Positions 42,600-53,200 of a stretch of DNA of 64,000 bases are shown here, piece by piece. The stretch covers positions 2,542,001-2,606,000 of the forward strand of contig CAKKNE010000004.1 of assembly GCA_918797485.1 (NCBI GenBank). The letters are read 5' to 3'. The notes under the pieces are model-generated. The model was not told where the DNA came from. It was given only the letters and a program-made list of their open reading frames with translations, and made no database searches. The translations under genes and the position numbers were made by a program. Position 1 is the stretch's first letter; every line of letters begins with the position of its first letter. This DNA comes from Pelagomonas calceolata (taxonomy: Eukaryota).

Positions 42600-42885
42600 C
42601 GCGGTGGCGCGCGGCGTCCTTGGTCTTCGTCGGAACGCGTCCCACTGCCACGGACCGCCTCTAGACAGAATGGAGCGCGGCGCCGCCACGGGGTTTAAAC
42701 TGCGGAGAGCACGGTCGCGCGCCCGCTCGTGCTGGCTCAAAAGGGGTTCGCTACGCTCTCGGACGCGCGCACACCCGCGCAGGTCTCTTCGCAGCCGGTA
42801 CGTCGTGTGAGTAATTTCTAGGATTGAATTAATATCATCCGGGCCCGAGTAGACCCGAGTCTATCCAGCCGCGACGGGGAGTGAA

Positions 42886-43770
42886 TTAGTCCGACTGCTC
42901 GTCGACCGTCACGGCCCGCGCGAATACACCCTTCGCTGCGGACGGCGCCGCGGACGGCGTGGAGGGCGTGACGACGGCTGGCGCCGCGTGGTCTGGCAGA
43001 CTCAGCTTCGTCATCATCTTCGCGACCCGCAACTTTGCTCGTACCCTTCGTTTGATGGTCGCCGCCTCGCTGCGGTCGAGTATTGTACGGCGGCGAACCA
43101 CCTCGTAGGACTGCTCGGCGATCTCCACGAGTCGTTCCAGATAGTAAACCGCGTCCATGGCTAGCAAGACCTCGCGCAACACGAAACGGATATGTCTTCG
43201 GTGACGCAGCGCCCACCGCGCAGTGCGTACGACCTTATCGCGCACGGCCCCATTTCTTATCAAATGCTTCCAGAGGAACTGGTAGAGGTGATCCAGACCT
43301 GTGAGGCGCTTGAGCGTCGGCGCGATGGTGCTCATGAACCGCTTAGCTAGAGCCGGAAAGATAAAGAGCGCGTCGATCACGAACCACCAGCTGTGCAGGT
43401 ACTCGTGAGCTAGCGATTCGCGCTTGCCGTTCCTCCGTCGATACGTGACCAAGTGTACAAGGATGTCGAGCGCGAGAAACCACCAAATCACGTCGGGGAG
43501 TTTGCCGCACGAGTTGTGGGGGCGATCGGGTCGAAACGTCCGCCGCCACGGCCGGAAGCGCACCGCGCCGCGTTTCGTCAGCGCTTCGCACCGGAATCCG
43601 TCGGCCTCGGCAATGAATTGGTGCGCGACGCATTCGCGCCGCGCGCGCAGGCGTCGTTTTTTTATGCGGTTATCCTTGACGTCGCATCCGCTCTGCGTGA
43701 GCATGAGGACAACGCCGAGCACTCTCCAGAGCTTGAGGCCAAAGCTATGGTTGTTGATCAAAGCCACCAT
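42886..43770 (-). CDS. Membrane protein resembling S1-S3 of cyclic-nucleotide-gated/Shaker channels, with no pore
   Basis: FLALDILVHLVT and EYLHSWWFVIDALFIFP motifs; no selectivity filter seen. Confidence 0.6.
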   Translation of the reverse strand: MVALINNHSFGLKLWRVLGVVLMLTQSGCDVKDNRIKKRRLRARRECVAHQFIAEADGFRCEALTKRGAVRFRPWRRTFRPDRPHNSCGKLPDVIWWFLALDILVHLVTYRRRNGKRESLAHEYLHSWWFVIDALFIFPALAKRFMSTIAPTLKRLTGLDHLYQFLWKHLIRNGAVRDKVVRTARWALRHRRHIRFVLREVLLAMDAVYYLERLVEIAEQSYEVVRRRTILDRSEAATIKRRVRAKLRVAKMMTKLSLPDHAAPAVVTPSTPSAAPSAAKGVFARAVTVDEQSD

Positions 43771-43898
43771 GATTTTACCAGGTCTCGTGCCGAACCTGTG
43801 GCTTGCCGGGAGTCTGGCGACACCGAAACTATCACTCTCGTTCGCCCCGTTACGTCTTTTCGCTATTTTCGCACTGTGGTCTGCCCAAGATTGCTCGA

Positions 43899-43918
43899 CT
43901 AGCGTTGTAAGACACTAG
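43899..43918 (-). promoter_or_regulatory. Recurrent intergenic CTAG-box motif
   Basis: CTAGCGTTGTAAGACACTAG between divergent genes. Confidence 0.6.
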
Positions 43919-44116
43919 CAAGCACAGCTCGACCTTTGCCGCGGCGCTTGCCCTCGCTGTGCGCTTCTCGCTTGGTGCGAGTGTCACGGGCGTTGTTAAT
44001 TTGCACCGCTGCGCTGCTCCGAGGCTGCTCCGCCATCGCTGCGACCTGCGCGCGGAGTTATCACAAGGGTAGGTCAGCACTCTCAGTAGCTATTTTGGCG
44101 TCGGCGCGCGCTAAAA

Positions 44117-45373
44117 ATGGCAGACAATACCTCCTCCACCGCCGCGAACAAAGAAACAACCGCGGACAATCTTCTCCAGCTCCCTTCGGACGTCTTGCGC
44201 AAGGTCGCCTCGTTCACCTTCGCGGCGCCATCTAAAAAATCATGCTCGATCGAGTACGACGGGCAAAAGAAACGCCGCGACGCGCTTGAGGGCTCGCGCC
44301 ACGCGTCCGCGCTCGTCGTGGCCATTCCGAAGGCGGAAGACAAGCTGCGGCGCGAGCTTAGAGCTGATCTCGACAAGGCCGAGCAGGCGCGCGGTTTCGG
44401 GCTGACCGTGGCCGAAGGCGAGGCGTGGCTGCGGGCCCACGGCTACGGGTCCGACGCGCTCGCGACGCCGCGCGCGGCGGGCGAGCGGCTCCTCCTCGCT
44501 CTCAGCGAGTTCACGGAAGACCGAACGGGCCAGGATTACTTTATGAAGAAGCTTAGTGTTATGATGGGCCAGGCCGACGCGTCGGAGATCGTCCTGCGCC
44601 ACGACTGTCTGACGGACGAAGTGCGCGCTTTACTGGCGTTCGGCGCTGTGCCCGACTACCAAAATGAGAGAGGAGAAACGCCGCTCCACCTGCTGGTCGA
44701 CACGAGGGCCGTGAAAGCAATGCACGACGACGACTCGGAAGGGGAGGACTCCCTACGCATCGCCGAGTACCTGCTGCTGGCCGGCGCCGACCCGAATCGC
44801 TTAGCCCAGCCGCACCACTTCGGGCGGGCCCCACTCTCAATATTGTTTTCGGCGTTGCGATATAACGCCGAGTCGGCCACCAACAGCGTGGGGACCTACG
44901 CGGGGCCGTTCAATAAGTTCAAGGCCGCGCTCGAGCATTTCATCCCGCTCGCTGGGCTCGCTCGCTGCCTTATGCTAAATGGGGGGGACGTTCACGCAGC
45001 GGACGTTGGATACACGTCGTCGGCCACGCACAATCCCGATTTCAGCGACATCCTTACATTGCAATTGCACATGTTGCGAGACGCGAGCGCCGTGCTGCTA
45101 GAGGGCGACCAGAACCGCGAGAACAACGGCCCCTTTTTCGATTATTGCGTGGACCGCACCGAAGTTCTCAGCAAGCTCTTGACTTCCTGTTCCATGCTCC
45201 AAGACCCGAAGTGCCGCTGCGACCTCGACGAGGTCCTCTCCTTCTACGACGTCGGCCCCAAGACGCCCGACGAGCACGAGAAGTTCCTCTTTGAGTTCAG
45301 TGATGCGTTCTCAAGAGTTGGTTGCCGCCGCCGCCAGGAGGACGGGGATGACTCTCAGGATTCCTCTTCGTAG
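44117..45373 (+). CDS. Ankyrin-repeat-containing protein
   Basis: GETPLHL and YLLLAGADPN. Confidence 0.75.
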   Translation: MADNTSSTAANKETTADNLLQLPSDVLRKVASFTFAAPSKKSCSIEYDGQKKRRDALEGSRHASALVVAIPKAEDKLRRELRADLDKAEQARGFGLTVAEGEAWLRAHGYGSDALATPRAAGERLLLALSEFTEDRTGQDYFMKKLSVMMGQADASEIVLRHDCLTDEVRALLAFGAVPDYQNERGETPLHLLVDTRAVKAMHDDDSEGEDSLRIAEYLLLAGADPNRLAQPHHFGRAPLSILFSALRYNAESATNSVGTYAGPFNKFKAALEHFIPLAGLARCLMLNGGDVHAADVGYTSSATHNPDFSDILTLQLHMLRDASAVLLEGDQNRENNGPFFDYCVDRTEVLSKLLTSCSMLQDPKCRCDLDEVLSFYDVGPKTPDEHEKFLFEFSDAFSRVGCRRRQEDGDDSQDSSS

Positions 45374-45803
45374 GGGAACTCCTCGAGCTAAGTACGTGAT
45401 TGTCTATCTATATATACCATACCCTCGTTGCCTTATTGGCCGACGCCGCGACGCAGGGTCCGCGTGACCACTAGTTTATTTTTTATTTTTTTTGCCAGCT
45501 ACCGGTAAGGCAAAAGTACCTATAAGTTATACCTGGTACCTGTAGGTGCCGCGCTACGCACGAGGCGCCGCCGACGGCGCATATTAGTATCGGCCGCGAC
45601 CGAGAAGTGTGCCAAAATTTACCAGATTTACAAATAACTACGTCGCCGACGTGGAGTAAATCCCTCAGAGTCGAGAGTACTTAAGCGGTCAAAATCCCTC
45701 CGAGAGCAGAGCTCTGCCTTTGTGCTAAAAATATATAGCGCGCGCGACGCCGCCGGGCCTCAGCGTGCGCGTGCGTCACCGGCGCTTGCGCGGCTTATTG
45801 ATC

Positions 45804-46223
45804 ATGGACAGCTCCCGCCGCCGCCGCCGCCCCTTCAGCCTCGAGTTCCAGCAAGCGCCGCCGGGCCCCGGCCTCGTGCACAGGGAGTCGGTGGACACGC
45901 GACGGACCGACCCGATTGGTGCCGGAATTGACGGCTCGTCGAAAAAGTTTAGACGGTACACGTTCTTTACGGCGATTCCGTACTTGATTTCAGTGATTTT
46001 AGCACCGCTCATTCTGGCCTTAGACGCGGCCACCGCCGACGACGGTCGCACGGCTTTGCATCTCGCCGCCGGCGAGGGGAAACTCAAAGTCGCGGCGAAG
46101 CTCGTGGAGCTGGGCGCAGATGTGAAGAAGCCCGACCGCCAGGGCCGGAACGCGCTCGACATCGCGCGGGCCGCGGGATACTACGACCTCGAGGCGCGAC
46201 TACGGCTCCTATCCGAAACCTAA
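45804..46223 (+). CDS. Small TM + ankyrin protein (possibly an internally deleted gene)
   Basis: One hydrophobic helix joined directly to DGRTALHLAA...GRNALDIA. Confidence 0.55.
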   Translation: MDSSRRRRRPFSLEFQQAPPGPGLVHRESVDTRRTDPIGAGIDGSSKKFRRYTFFTAIPYLISVILAPLILALDAATADDGRTALHLAAGEGKLKVAAKLVELGADVKKPDRQGRNALDIARAAGYYDLEARLRLLSET

Positions 46224-46235
46224 AATTTATTGTAC

Positions 46236-48632
46236 TTAGTCCTCGGAAGAGGAACTCGCGTAGCTCCCCTCGTCGCTCTCTGGCGGCGGGGCTCTGGGCC
46301 GCTGGTCCTTGGGCACGTACCGGAAGCCCGGCCGCGAGCCCCATGTCGACGAACCGGCAGTCACCACCGACCGGTTGTCCACCGGCGGCTCGTTGAGGTC
46401 CTGCAGATCGGGCAGCTCGAAGCGCCAGGACGACTTCCGTTCTAGAGACGCGGGGTCCCGCGCGCTCCGGCCCGGGTCCTCCTCCGGCTCGGGATCCTCG
46501 GGCAGCGGGAACCGCTCCGTGAGCCACCTCTTGTATTGTTTAGTCGAGACAAAGTCCTCCAGGACTGTCCGTATTTGGGCGATGACCTCATTTGCTAAAT
46601 CAGCGTAGACCTCGACCAGCATGGCTGGAGACTGAGACTCCTTCGCTTTTGAACGTAGAGCGAGCATAGTCCTCACGCGGTCATCAGTCACTAGATGAAT
46701 ACCGAGCTTCGTGCTCCCCTTGACCTTGCGCGGCGAGTGGAAGATACCTTTAGTTTCTTCGAGCTGGCGCTCCGACAAACCCTTCTCCCTTATATATTCA
46801 AACCACAATCGGTCGCACTCCCTTAGGAGGTCCACAAAGTCACCTCCATCTCTACATCTTTTAGCGAAGTTTAGGTGCTCGCAGGCGTACTTCGTTTTCA
46901 CTTGGAGGAGTTCCTTCGTTTCTGGGAGGGTATTCACGTAATCTAACAACGCGTCGACGAAGTTCGCGTCATCATAATTGCAATGCAGTAAACCGCCCTC
47001 GTCGGAACAGTATCGCTCGTATTTCCGTTTCTTCATTTCCTGGTGCATCAGGTTCAGCGCGGTGTTGTTTCTTTCTAGTAGAACAGCTGCTTCTGCCTCT
47101 TGTAAAGCAAACCCTTCGCAGGCACTCGTACACGTCACGGTCGCCGTTGGGACTGCGTTCTCCAGAATAGCTCCTTCGCCGACGTAGAACGGGGCTCGTA
47201 TCGTAAGGACATTTTCATCTCCAATAAAAACGTCCGCCACGCCCTTCGCTATGAATAGGATCTGATTGTTCATGTCTCCCTGTACGGTTAAATTCTCGTC
47301 GACTTCCGCGCGGAACCGTCGCATCCTTAGACACAAATTGTTCATATCTAATTGCGGACATTTCCGCAAAGGCCCCATCGACGTTAACAGTTCCGACGCC
47401 TCTGCACTTCTCCGCTGGATCCGCTCCCAGTGCTCCGGTCGCGTCGGCCAGACGTCCTTGGTGTCGGCTACCGGCACGCACGACGCCGACGCCACCGTGC
47501 CCAGCCGTTCCACAAAGCTCGGGAGCTTCCCGGAGAGCTCCCGGTAGGTCCGGACCGTGGCCACGTCGTCGTCCGCGAAGGACGTCGACGATAGAGGCAC
47601 CGACGTCGTCGTCCTCCGCTCGAAGTGCGCGCTCAGGGGCACTTCCAATTGATTATAGCCGCAGGCGACGATGACGTCACAGGCCACATCACCTGGTCTT
47701 CTTGCTAAAATCTCGAAGACCGCTTTCGCCCTCATCCCCGGCGCAAGCGGCCCCGACGGTCTCTTCACGATCCTTACCGGATTCTTCACCGTATCGCCTC
47801 TTAATTTGACAGTCAATCGTTGGCACGTGTCGCCCACGTTGTGGATGGTTAGCGTCGTCCGGTACGCGACACCGACATGGAGCGAATTACCAAGCGCTAA
47901 ATGAACAGGGTAGGCCTCAAATCCCAAACGCTTGGGCTCCATCAGCGGCGGTCGCTCCAGAGGTCCGCACCGCTTATGCGTGCCGGCGCCGCCGCCCGTA
48001 TCGGGCGGCGGCTCGGGACATTTGCGAATACCCTGAATGAATTCCTGGTGCGAGATCGTACCCGAACCGTCGTCGTCGAAGGAGTCGAACAGCGTTTTCA
48101 GCGAACCGGCCGTCAGGGTCTTGATGCCGTAGTTCTTCACCGCGTCGCGGAACTCGTCATAATCGAGCTCGCCGGACTGGTCGATGTCCGCCCTGTGAAA
48201 CGCGCACTTCAGCTCCCGTTCACTCTCGGCCCCTTGGTTCTTGAGGAAGGTCTTCATGGTCCTTTTTAGGGCGATGACGCGTTCCTCGGTCGCGGTGTTC
48301 TTGGACAAGGTCGCCTGGAGCTTCTTATGCATGAACGATGCTTCCGCTTTTAAAGTTCCTGAACCTCGCATTTTTGAGACCTTTTTCTCTAATTTCGCGA
48401 GCTGCTCCCGTGCGATCTCCTGGGGCTCCTTCATGCGCGACCGCTGCACGGCTCGCACCCTTATCGGCTTCAGCCGCAGGTCGCCTTGCAAGGTCGTCTC
48501 CGACGGTCTCGAGAAGGAGGGCCGGAAGAAGGACGCGTCCAACGATCTCGCCGCGATGTTCGCCTTGCTGTTGTGCTTTGTTAAGGCTGGCTTACTGAAT
48601 GTGGAGGTTGTTCCCCATTCTTCAGTCATCAT
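46236..48632 (-). CDS. EF-hand, Ig-like (ASH/PapD), cNMP-binding and RGS-like multidomain protein
   Basis: DIDQSGELDYDEF and DDDGSGTISHQEF; GPLAPGM; VQGD..FIAKG..GEGAI..TATV; EHLNF..WFEYI..FVSTKQY. Confidence 0.8.
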   Translation of the reverse strand: MMTEEWGTTSTFSKPALTKHNSKANIAARSLDASFFRPSFSRPSETTLQGDLRLKPIRVRAVQRSRMKEPQEIAREQLAKLEKKVSKMRGSGTLKAEASFMHKKLQATLSKNTATEERVIALKRTMKTFLKNQGAESERELKCAFHRADIDQSGELDYDEFRDAVKNYGIKTLTAGSLKTLFDSFDDDGSGTISHQEFIQGIRKCPEPPPDTGGGAGTHKRCGPLERPPLMEPKRLGFEAYPVHLALGNSLHVGVAYRTTLTIHNVGDTCQRLTVKLRGDTVKNPVRIVKRPSGPLAPGMRAKAVFEILARRPGDVACDVIVACGYNQLEVPLSAHFERRTTTSVPLSSTSFADDDVATVRTYRELSGKLPSFVERLGTVASASCVPVADTKDVWPTRPEHWERIQRRSAEASELLTSMGPLRKCPQLDMNNLCLRMRRFRAEVDENLTVQGDMNNQILFIAKGVADVFIGDENVLTIRAPFYVGEGAILENAVPTATVTCTSACEGFALQEAEAAVLLERNNTALNLMHQEMKKRKYERYCSDEGGLLHCNYDDANFVDALLDYVNTLPETKELLQVKTKYACEHLNFAKRCRDGGDFVDLLRECDRLWFEYIREKGLSERQLEETKGIFHSPRKVKGSTKLGIHLVTDDRVRTMLALRSKAKESQSPAMLVEVYADLANEVIAQIRTVLEDFVSTKQYKRWLTERFPLPEDPEPEEDPGRSARDPASLERKSSWRFELPDLQDLNEPPVDNRSVVTAGSSTWGSRPGFRYVPKDQRPRAPPPESDEGSYASSSSED

Positions 48633-48635
48633 GGT

Positions 48636-48698
48636 TGTGAGGGCTGCCTGTGAGGGCTGCCTGTGAGGGCTGCCTGTGAGGGTGCCTGTGCGGCTGCC
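48636..48698. repeat. 13-bp tandem repeat (TGTGAGGGCTGCC) x5
   Basis: Three perfect and two degenerate units directly upstream of ATG 48632. Confidence 0.9.
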
Positions 48699-49038
48699 GC
48701 CCGTCGCGGCGTTGGCGTCCTGGGAGGCCTTTCGGTCTGCTGCTTGTCTGGTTGTGCCCTCGGCCGCGGGGCGAGAGCAGGCGGCGCTGGGAGATGCTGC
48801 CCTTAATTTCTAGTGCCGAAACTGCCAGTGTGTGCGTCCATGCGCGCGGTCGCCGAGGGGTTCCTGACGACTCGAGCGTCCCTGGACCTCGTGGCTGCCA
48901 GGAAAAACGGCGGCGTGAATTCCGCGCGCGTGCGCGATGCAGCAGCCTTGTCTGGGCAGACCTCGATACGACGGTCCCGCGGCGACGCCGTCGCCGCGAC
49001 ATGTAGGTTGAGAAATAACTAAGGTTAGGCAAAAACCA

Positions 49039-49854
49039 CTACTCCTTCACCGACGCCCCAAAGAGCAGCTTGTACGCCGCGCGCGCCGCGCCCATGCACA
49101 AAACATCAGGACCGATGTTCGCGATGGCATGCGGATTCGCGCCCTTCATCACTGCTGCTGCCGCGGTTATGACGCCGGCACTTCTCAAGCCTGAAAAAGA
49201 CGACGCGTTGCAACTTTTAAGGGCGGCCTCCCTACATAGATTGAGGGTCCTCCTCACATCTAATGCCCCACCACCATCGTGGCACAGCAGCAGATTCGTC
49301 TTGAAGACGAATAAGGGATAAGCGACGTACGACGCCGCCAACGAACCTACTAGCAAGCCCAGGCCCTCGTGGATGGGAGAGGCGTCGCCAAACCGCTGCT
49401 GCGCCAGGACATACGCGTAGTTGTAGACGGGGATCCAGGTCATCCTGCCCAATAAAGCTACGGGCGGGCAGGCGACCGCGAAGACCTTGGCCGGTTCCGA
49501 AGGGAGCTTGAAACCCTTTTCTGCTACGCGTACCGAGAGTGTATCACAAACCAACGGCACAGCGACAACCCCGAACTGCATCGTGAGCTCCTCCCACCAG
49601 CTCGGCTTTGGCGTTTGCACTTGTTTTTGCGTCGCCGACCAGTACGCGCAGTCGCGGACGACTGCATACCCTAAACCAGGTACGCCGAACCGCGACTTCG
49701 CGACCGCCACATTACGTTGCCGCAAGGTCTTGATGAAGCCGATCTGGAGAAACGCAGCCGTGGGCACGCCGGCCAAACAGCCGATCGCGGTCGCCGTCGA
49801 CCAGCCTCCAGAAACATCTGACGATCCGCTGGAGCTGGAGGCCTGGGTGTCCAT
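49039..49854 (-). CDS. Membrane protein, possibly a divergent mitochondrial carrier
   Basis: Several TM segments; degenerate P-x-x-x-x-K signature (YPLFVFKT). Confidence 0.6.
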   Translation of the reverse strand: MDTQASSSSGSSDVSGGWSTATAIGCLAGVPTAAFLQIGFIKTLRQRNVAVAKSRFGVPGLGYAVVRDCAYWSATQKQVQTPKPSWWEELTMQFGVVAVPLVCDTLSVRVAEKGFKLPSEPAKVFAVACPPVALLGRMTWIPVYNYAYVLAQQRFGDASPIHEGLGLLVGSLAASYVAYPLFVFKTNLLLCHDGGGALDVRRTLNLCREAALKSCNASSFSGLRSAGVITAAAAVMKGANPHAIANIGPDVLCMGAARAAYKLLFGASVKE

Positions 49855-50260
49855 TTTGTCAAAGGGTGCGCTGCGGCAGCGTCCCTGTTAATGCCAATTT
49901 GGTGCGTTTATGCAGCAGCTCTGCGCTAGCGAGAGCAATATGGGATGAGCTTGTTATCGCTCGATCAAAGCCAGGATTGCGTGGGGTACGACGAGGGGTC
50001 ACGACGAGGGGTGTAATTATGCAGGTCTTGCTGCTTTTGGCTGCAAGAGGACGCGCTGGCAACTGGTTTTGCGTTTTGGAGAGCAACTGCTAGTGTGTCT
50101 ATGACTTAGTAATCGAGTCCAGCCAGCAGCGTCCGTCTGCCGTGTACACGGCTTTTGGAGCAGCACCAGTGGTGCGAGCCACGTCATTTATCGCCAGGAG
50201 GCGCCACAGCATCGCTGGTAACGTGGGCCGTCTCCTGTGGGCCACACTGACGAGAGAGCT

Positions 50261-53200
50261 ATGGAGCCGCCGCGCGACGCGGACGGCATGGACCAGGAAT
50301 TAGCCGCGGCCCTAGGCATCCAGATCAGCGACGAGCGCACGCAGGAAGCAAATGTCCTCGGCGCGCGGCTCGCGACGGGCGTGTCCGCGCCGCCGCTCGC
50401 GCTCGCGTTCCTCGGGAGCGGCTTCTTTGATGGTAAAGACGCATTCCCGGAAGAAGCGCTCGACAAACTTATTGGATTGGCGGGCGACAGCGACAGGGCA
50501 TCGGTCCTGCGCGCCGCGCTAAGCGCCGTGGGCGACGACGCGCTCGCGGCCGCCGTTTTAAGGGCAGCTCTCCAGAAGGAGCGGCCCGCGGCCGTGGAGC
50601 CGGAGCCCGTCGTGGAACAGCCGCGCATGAGCCTGCGGGACCACCGCCGCGCCGAGCGCCAGCGCGCCATGGCGAACGGCCTCGAAATCGCCGCGCCGGT
50701 GCCGGGGGCGCGGCCCGAGCCGCCGCTGGCGCGACGCGTGGCTGCGCCGCGGACCAAGGGCGCGGACGCGTGGCGGCCGCTCGGCGCGGCGCAGCCGGCG
50801 AAGCGGCGGCGGCGCGCGCCATCGCCGCCGCCGCCGGCCCAAAACACGGTCGCCTGCCCCATCTGCGGCGTGCGCGTGGCCGTCGCCGACCCGCGGCGCC
50901 CCGACGCCGAGATGGACGCGCACCTCGAGCGCTGCGGCCGGCGGCGCCCCCGGCGCGCCGCCGCGGACGACGAGTCCGACCAGTCCTACAGCGACGCGTC
51001 CGAGGACGCTAGAAGAGCGCTCGAGCTGCGCGCCGCGGCGTCCTCTTCAGATGATGAGGACGACGCTTCTTCGTCGGACGACGACGGTCCGCTGCGGTTG
51101 CGATCTACGGAAGCCATCGCCGACGACGGCACCGACGATGCATTGAGGGCGCGCCTGGAGAATATCGAAGAGTCGGACGACGACGACGACGACGCTTTAA
51201 GGCTGCCGGGCGGCTTCGTCCTGCGGGCATCTATCTCCTCAAGACTCTACGCACATCAGAGAAGAGCCGTGGGCTGGCTCTGGGACCTCTGGAGGCAGAG
51301 GGAGGGCGGCGTCGTCGGCGACGAGATGGGCCTGGGGAAGACGGCGCAGGTCGCGGCGTTTCTCGGTGCGGTGGCGGACAAGCAGGAGTGCCGGACGTGT
51401 CTCGTCTTGGCGCCGACGACGATGCTCGCGCACTGGCGGCGCGAACTTGAGACCTGGGCTCCTAGAGCTAGAGTAGTGGTCTTACATCGGAGCGCGGCGG
51501 CCTTCGATACCGCTGCCAAGAAAGGTCCCGCGCCCTTGGCCGAGTTTCTGGCAAGGGCGTTGTCGCCGCCCTCGGTCAACGGTGCCACCGTCGGCGTCGT
51601 CCTATCCTCATATGAAGGGTTGAGACGACTATCGGACGCTTTGTTAGCAAAGGCCTGGGGTTGTGTCGTCCTAGACGAAGGCCAGAAGATACGGAACCCG
51701 GAAGCGTCGATTACGAGGTTATGCAAACAATTAAGGACGCCTAGACGGTATCTATTGTCAGGAACACCCGTCCAGAATTCATTGACGGAGCTATGGTCTT
51801 TATTTGACTTCGCCGTTCCTGGAAGACTAGGAACGTTAAGGGCTTTTGATGATGAACTCGCCGCGCCCATAAGGCAGGGCGGCTACGCGAACGCCACACC
51901 AGCAAAAGTCCAATTGGCCTATCGATGCGCCTTGGCGCTGCGAGATTTGCTGAAACCTTATCTGTTACGAAGGACCAAAGCCGCGCTCAACAACACGGAA
52001 CAAGGTGTACAGTTACCTTCAAAAACGGAACACGTTCTACTATGTAGACTCTCTGCGGATCAATTGTCCTTGTATAAGTCGATATTGGAGAGCGACGACG
52101 TCCGAATAGCGCTGGAGCGACGGGGCGAACGGCATCATGGAGGTTCTCCCGCATTTCGAGCGATTGCGGCGTTACGAGCTGTGTGCAATCACCCGGACAT
52201 CTACGGAGGTGCGATCGAGGGTTCTTCGTCTGGTTCTATTGATAGATCAGCAAAATTGCGAGCGCTCGATGCGGTCCTACAAAGGTGGAAAGCACAAAAA
52301 CATCGGGCACTAGTGTTTTCGCAATCCGTGAAGATGCTTGACATACTAGAAGCTCTAGCGCAACAGAGAGGTTATGCGTATGCGAGGATGGACGGGTCCA
52401 CACCTCCCACACAGCGACAAGCCACAGCGGACGCCTTTAATTTGCCCGGTTCGAAGACTTTTTGTATGTTACTTACGACGCGGACGGGCGGCGTTGGATT
52501 GAACTTGATAGGGGCTGACAGGGTAGCATTGTACGACCCCGACTGGAACCCGCAGACCGACGCGCAAGCTAGGGAGCGGTGCTGGCGCATCGGGCAGACG
52601 AAGCCTGTTACTGTCTATAGATTCGTGTGCGCTGGCACGATCGAGGAAAAAATTTATCATAGACAGATCTTCAAGCAGGCTTTAACTAACAGAGTATTGA
52701 CGGATGCTCGCCAACGGCGGCTGTTCTCGCAGTCCGAACTGTCGGAGCTGTTCACGCTGGGCGAGGGGGCCTATCCCGACGGCGACAACCTCGTCAAGGC
52801 GGAAGACTTTGCTGCTGCTACTGCTCCCGCTGATGAAGAGGTAACTAATGAGGATGATGATAGAGATGTATTACAGGCTTTATGGGATGGGGCTGCCGAT
52901 AGTGATCTTGCTGGTGTGCTCAGGGCGGCCTCTGATAATGCTTCGGAAGGTGTGCAAGCGGCGGCCCAACGGGAAGCGTTACGCGCCGTCGAGGCCGTGG
53001 AACGGACGCGGAACCAAGCCGTACAGCTGAACTCGTCGGACTTATTAGGTGCCATCGCGCGTCGACGGCGCGATGCGCAACATGAGGCTGTCTCTGTCAG
53101 AGACGAGGAGGCGCCGGCGGCGGCGGCCGTGGCGCTGGTCCGGCGCCTCGATTCGTATTTGCGCAACAACACGCCGCCGACGACCGACGAACTCCTCCAG

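Noticed and set aside
48960..49010. Introner-like GACGCCGTCGCCGCGAC motif in an intergenic gap
   Set aside because: No termini or exon context could be defined.
9638..52840. Other CTGATGA matches (near 9638, 25790, 29238, 52830) as hammerheads
   Set aside because: They lie inside CDS, and I found no accompanying GAAA/GUH strands with compatible helices.
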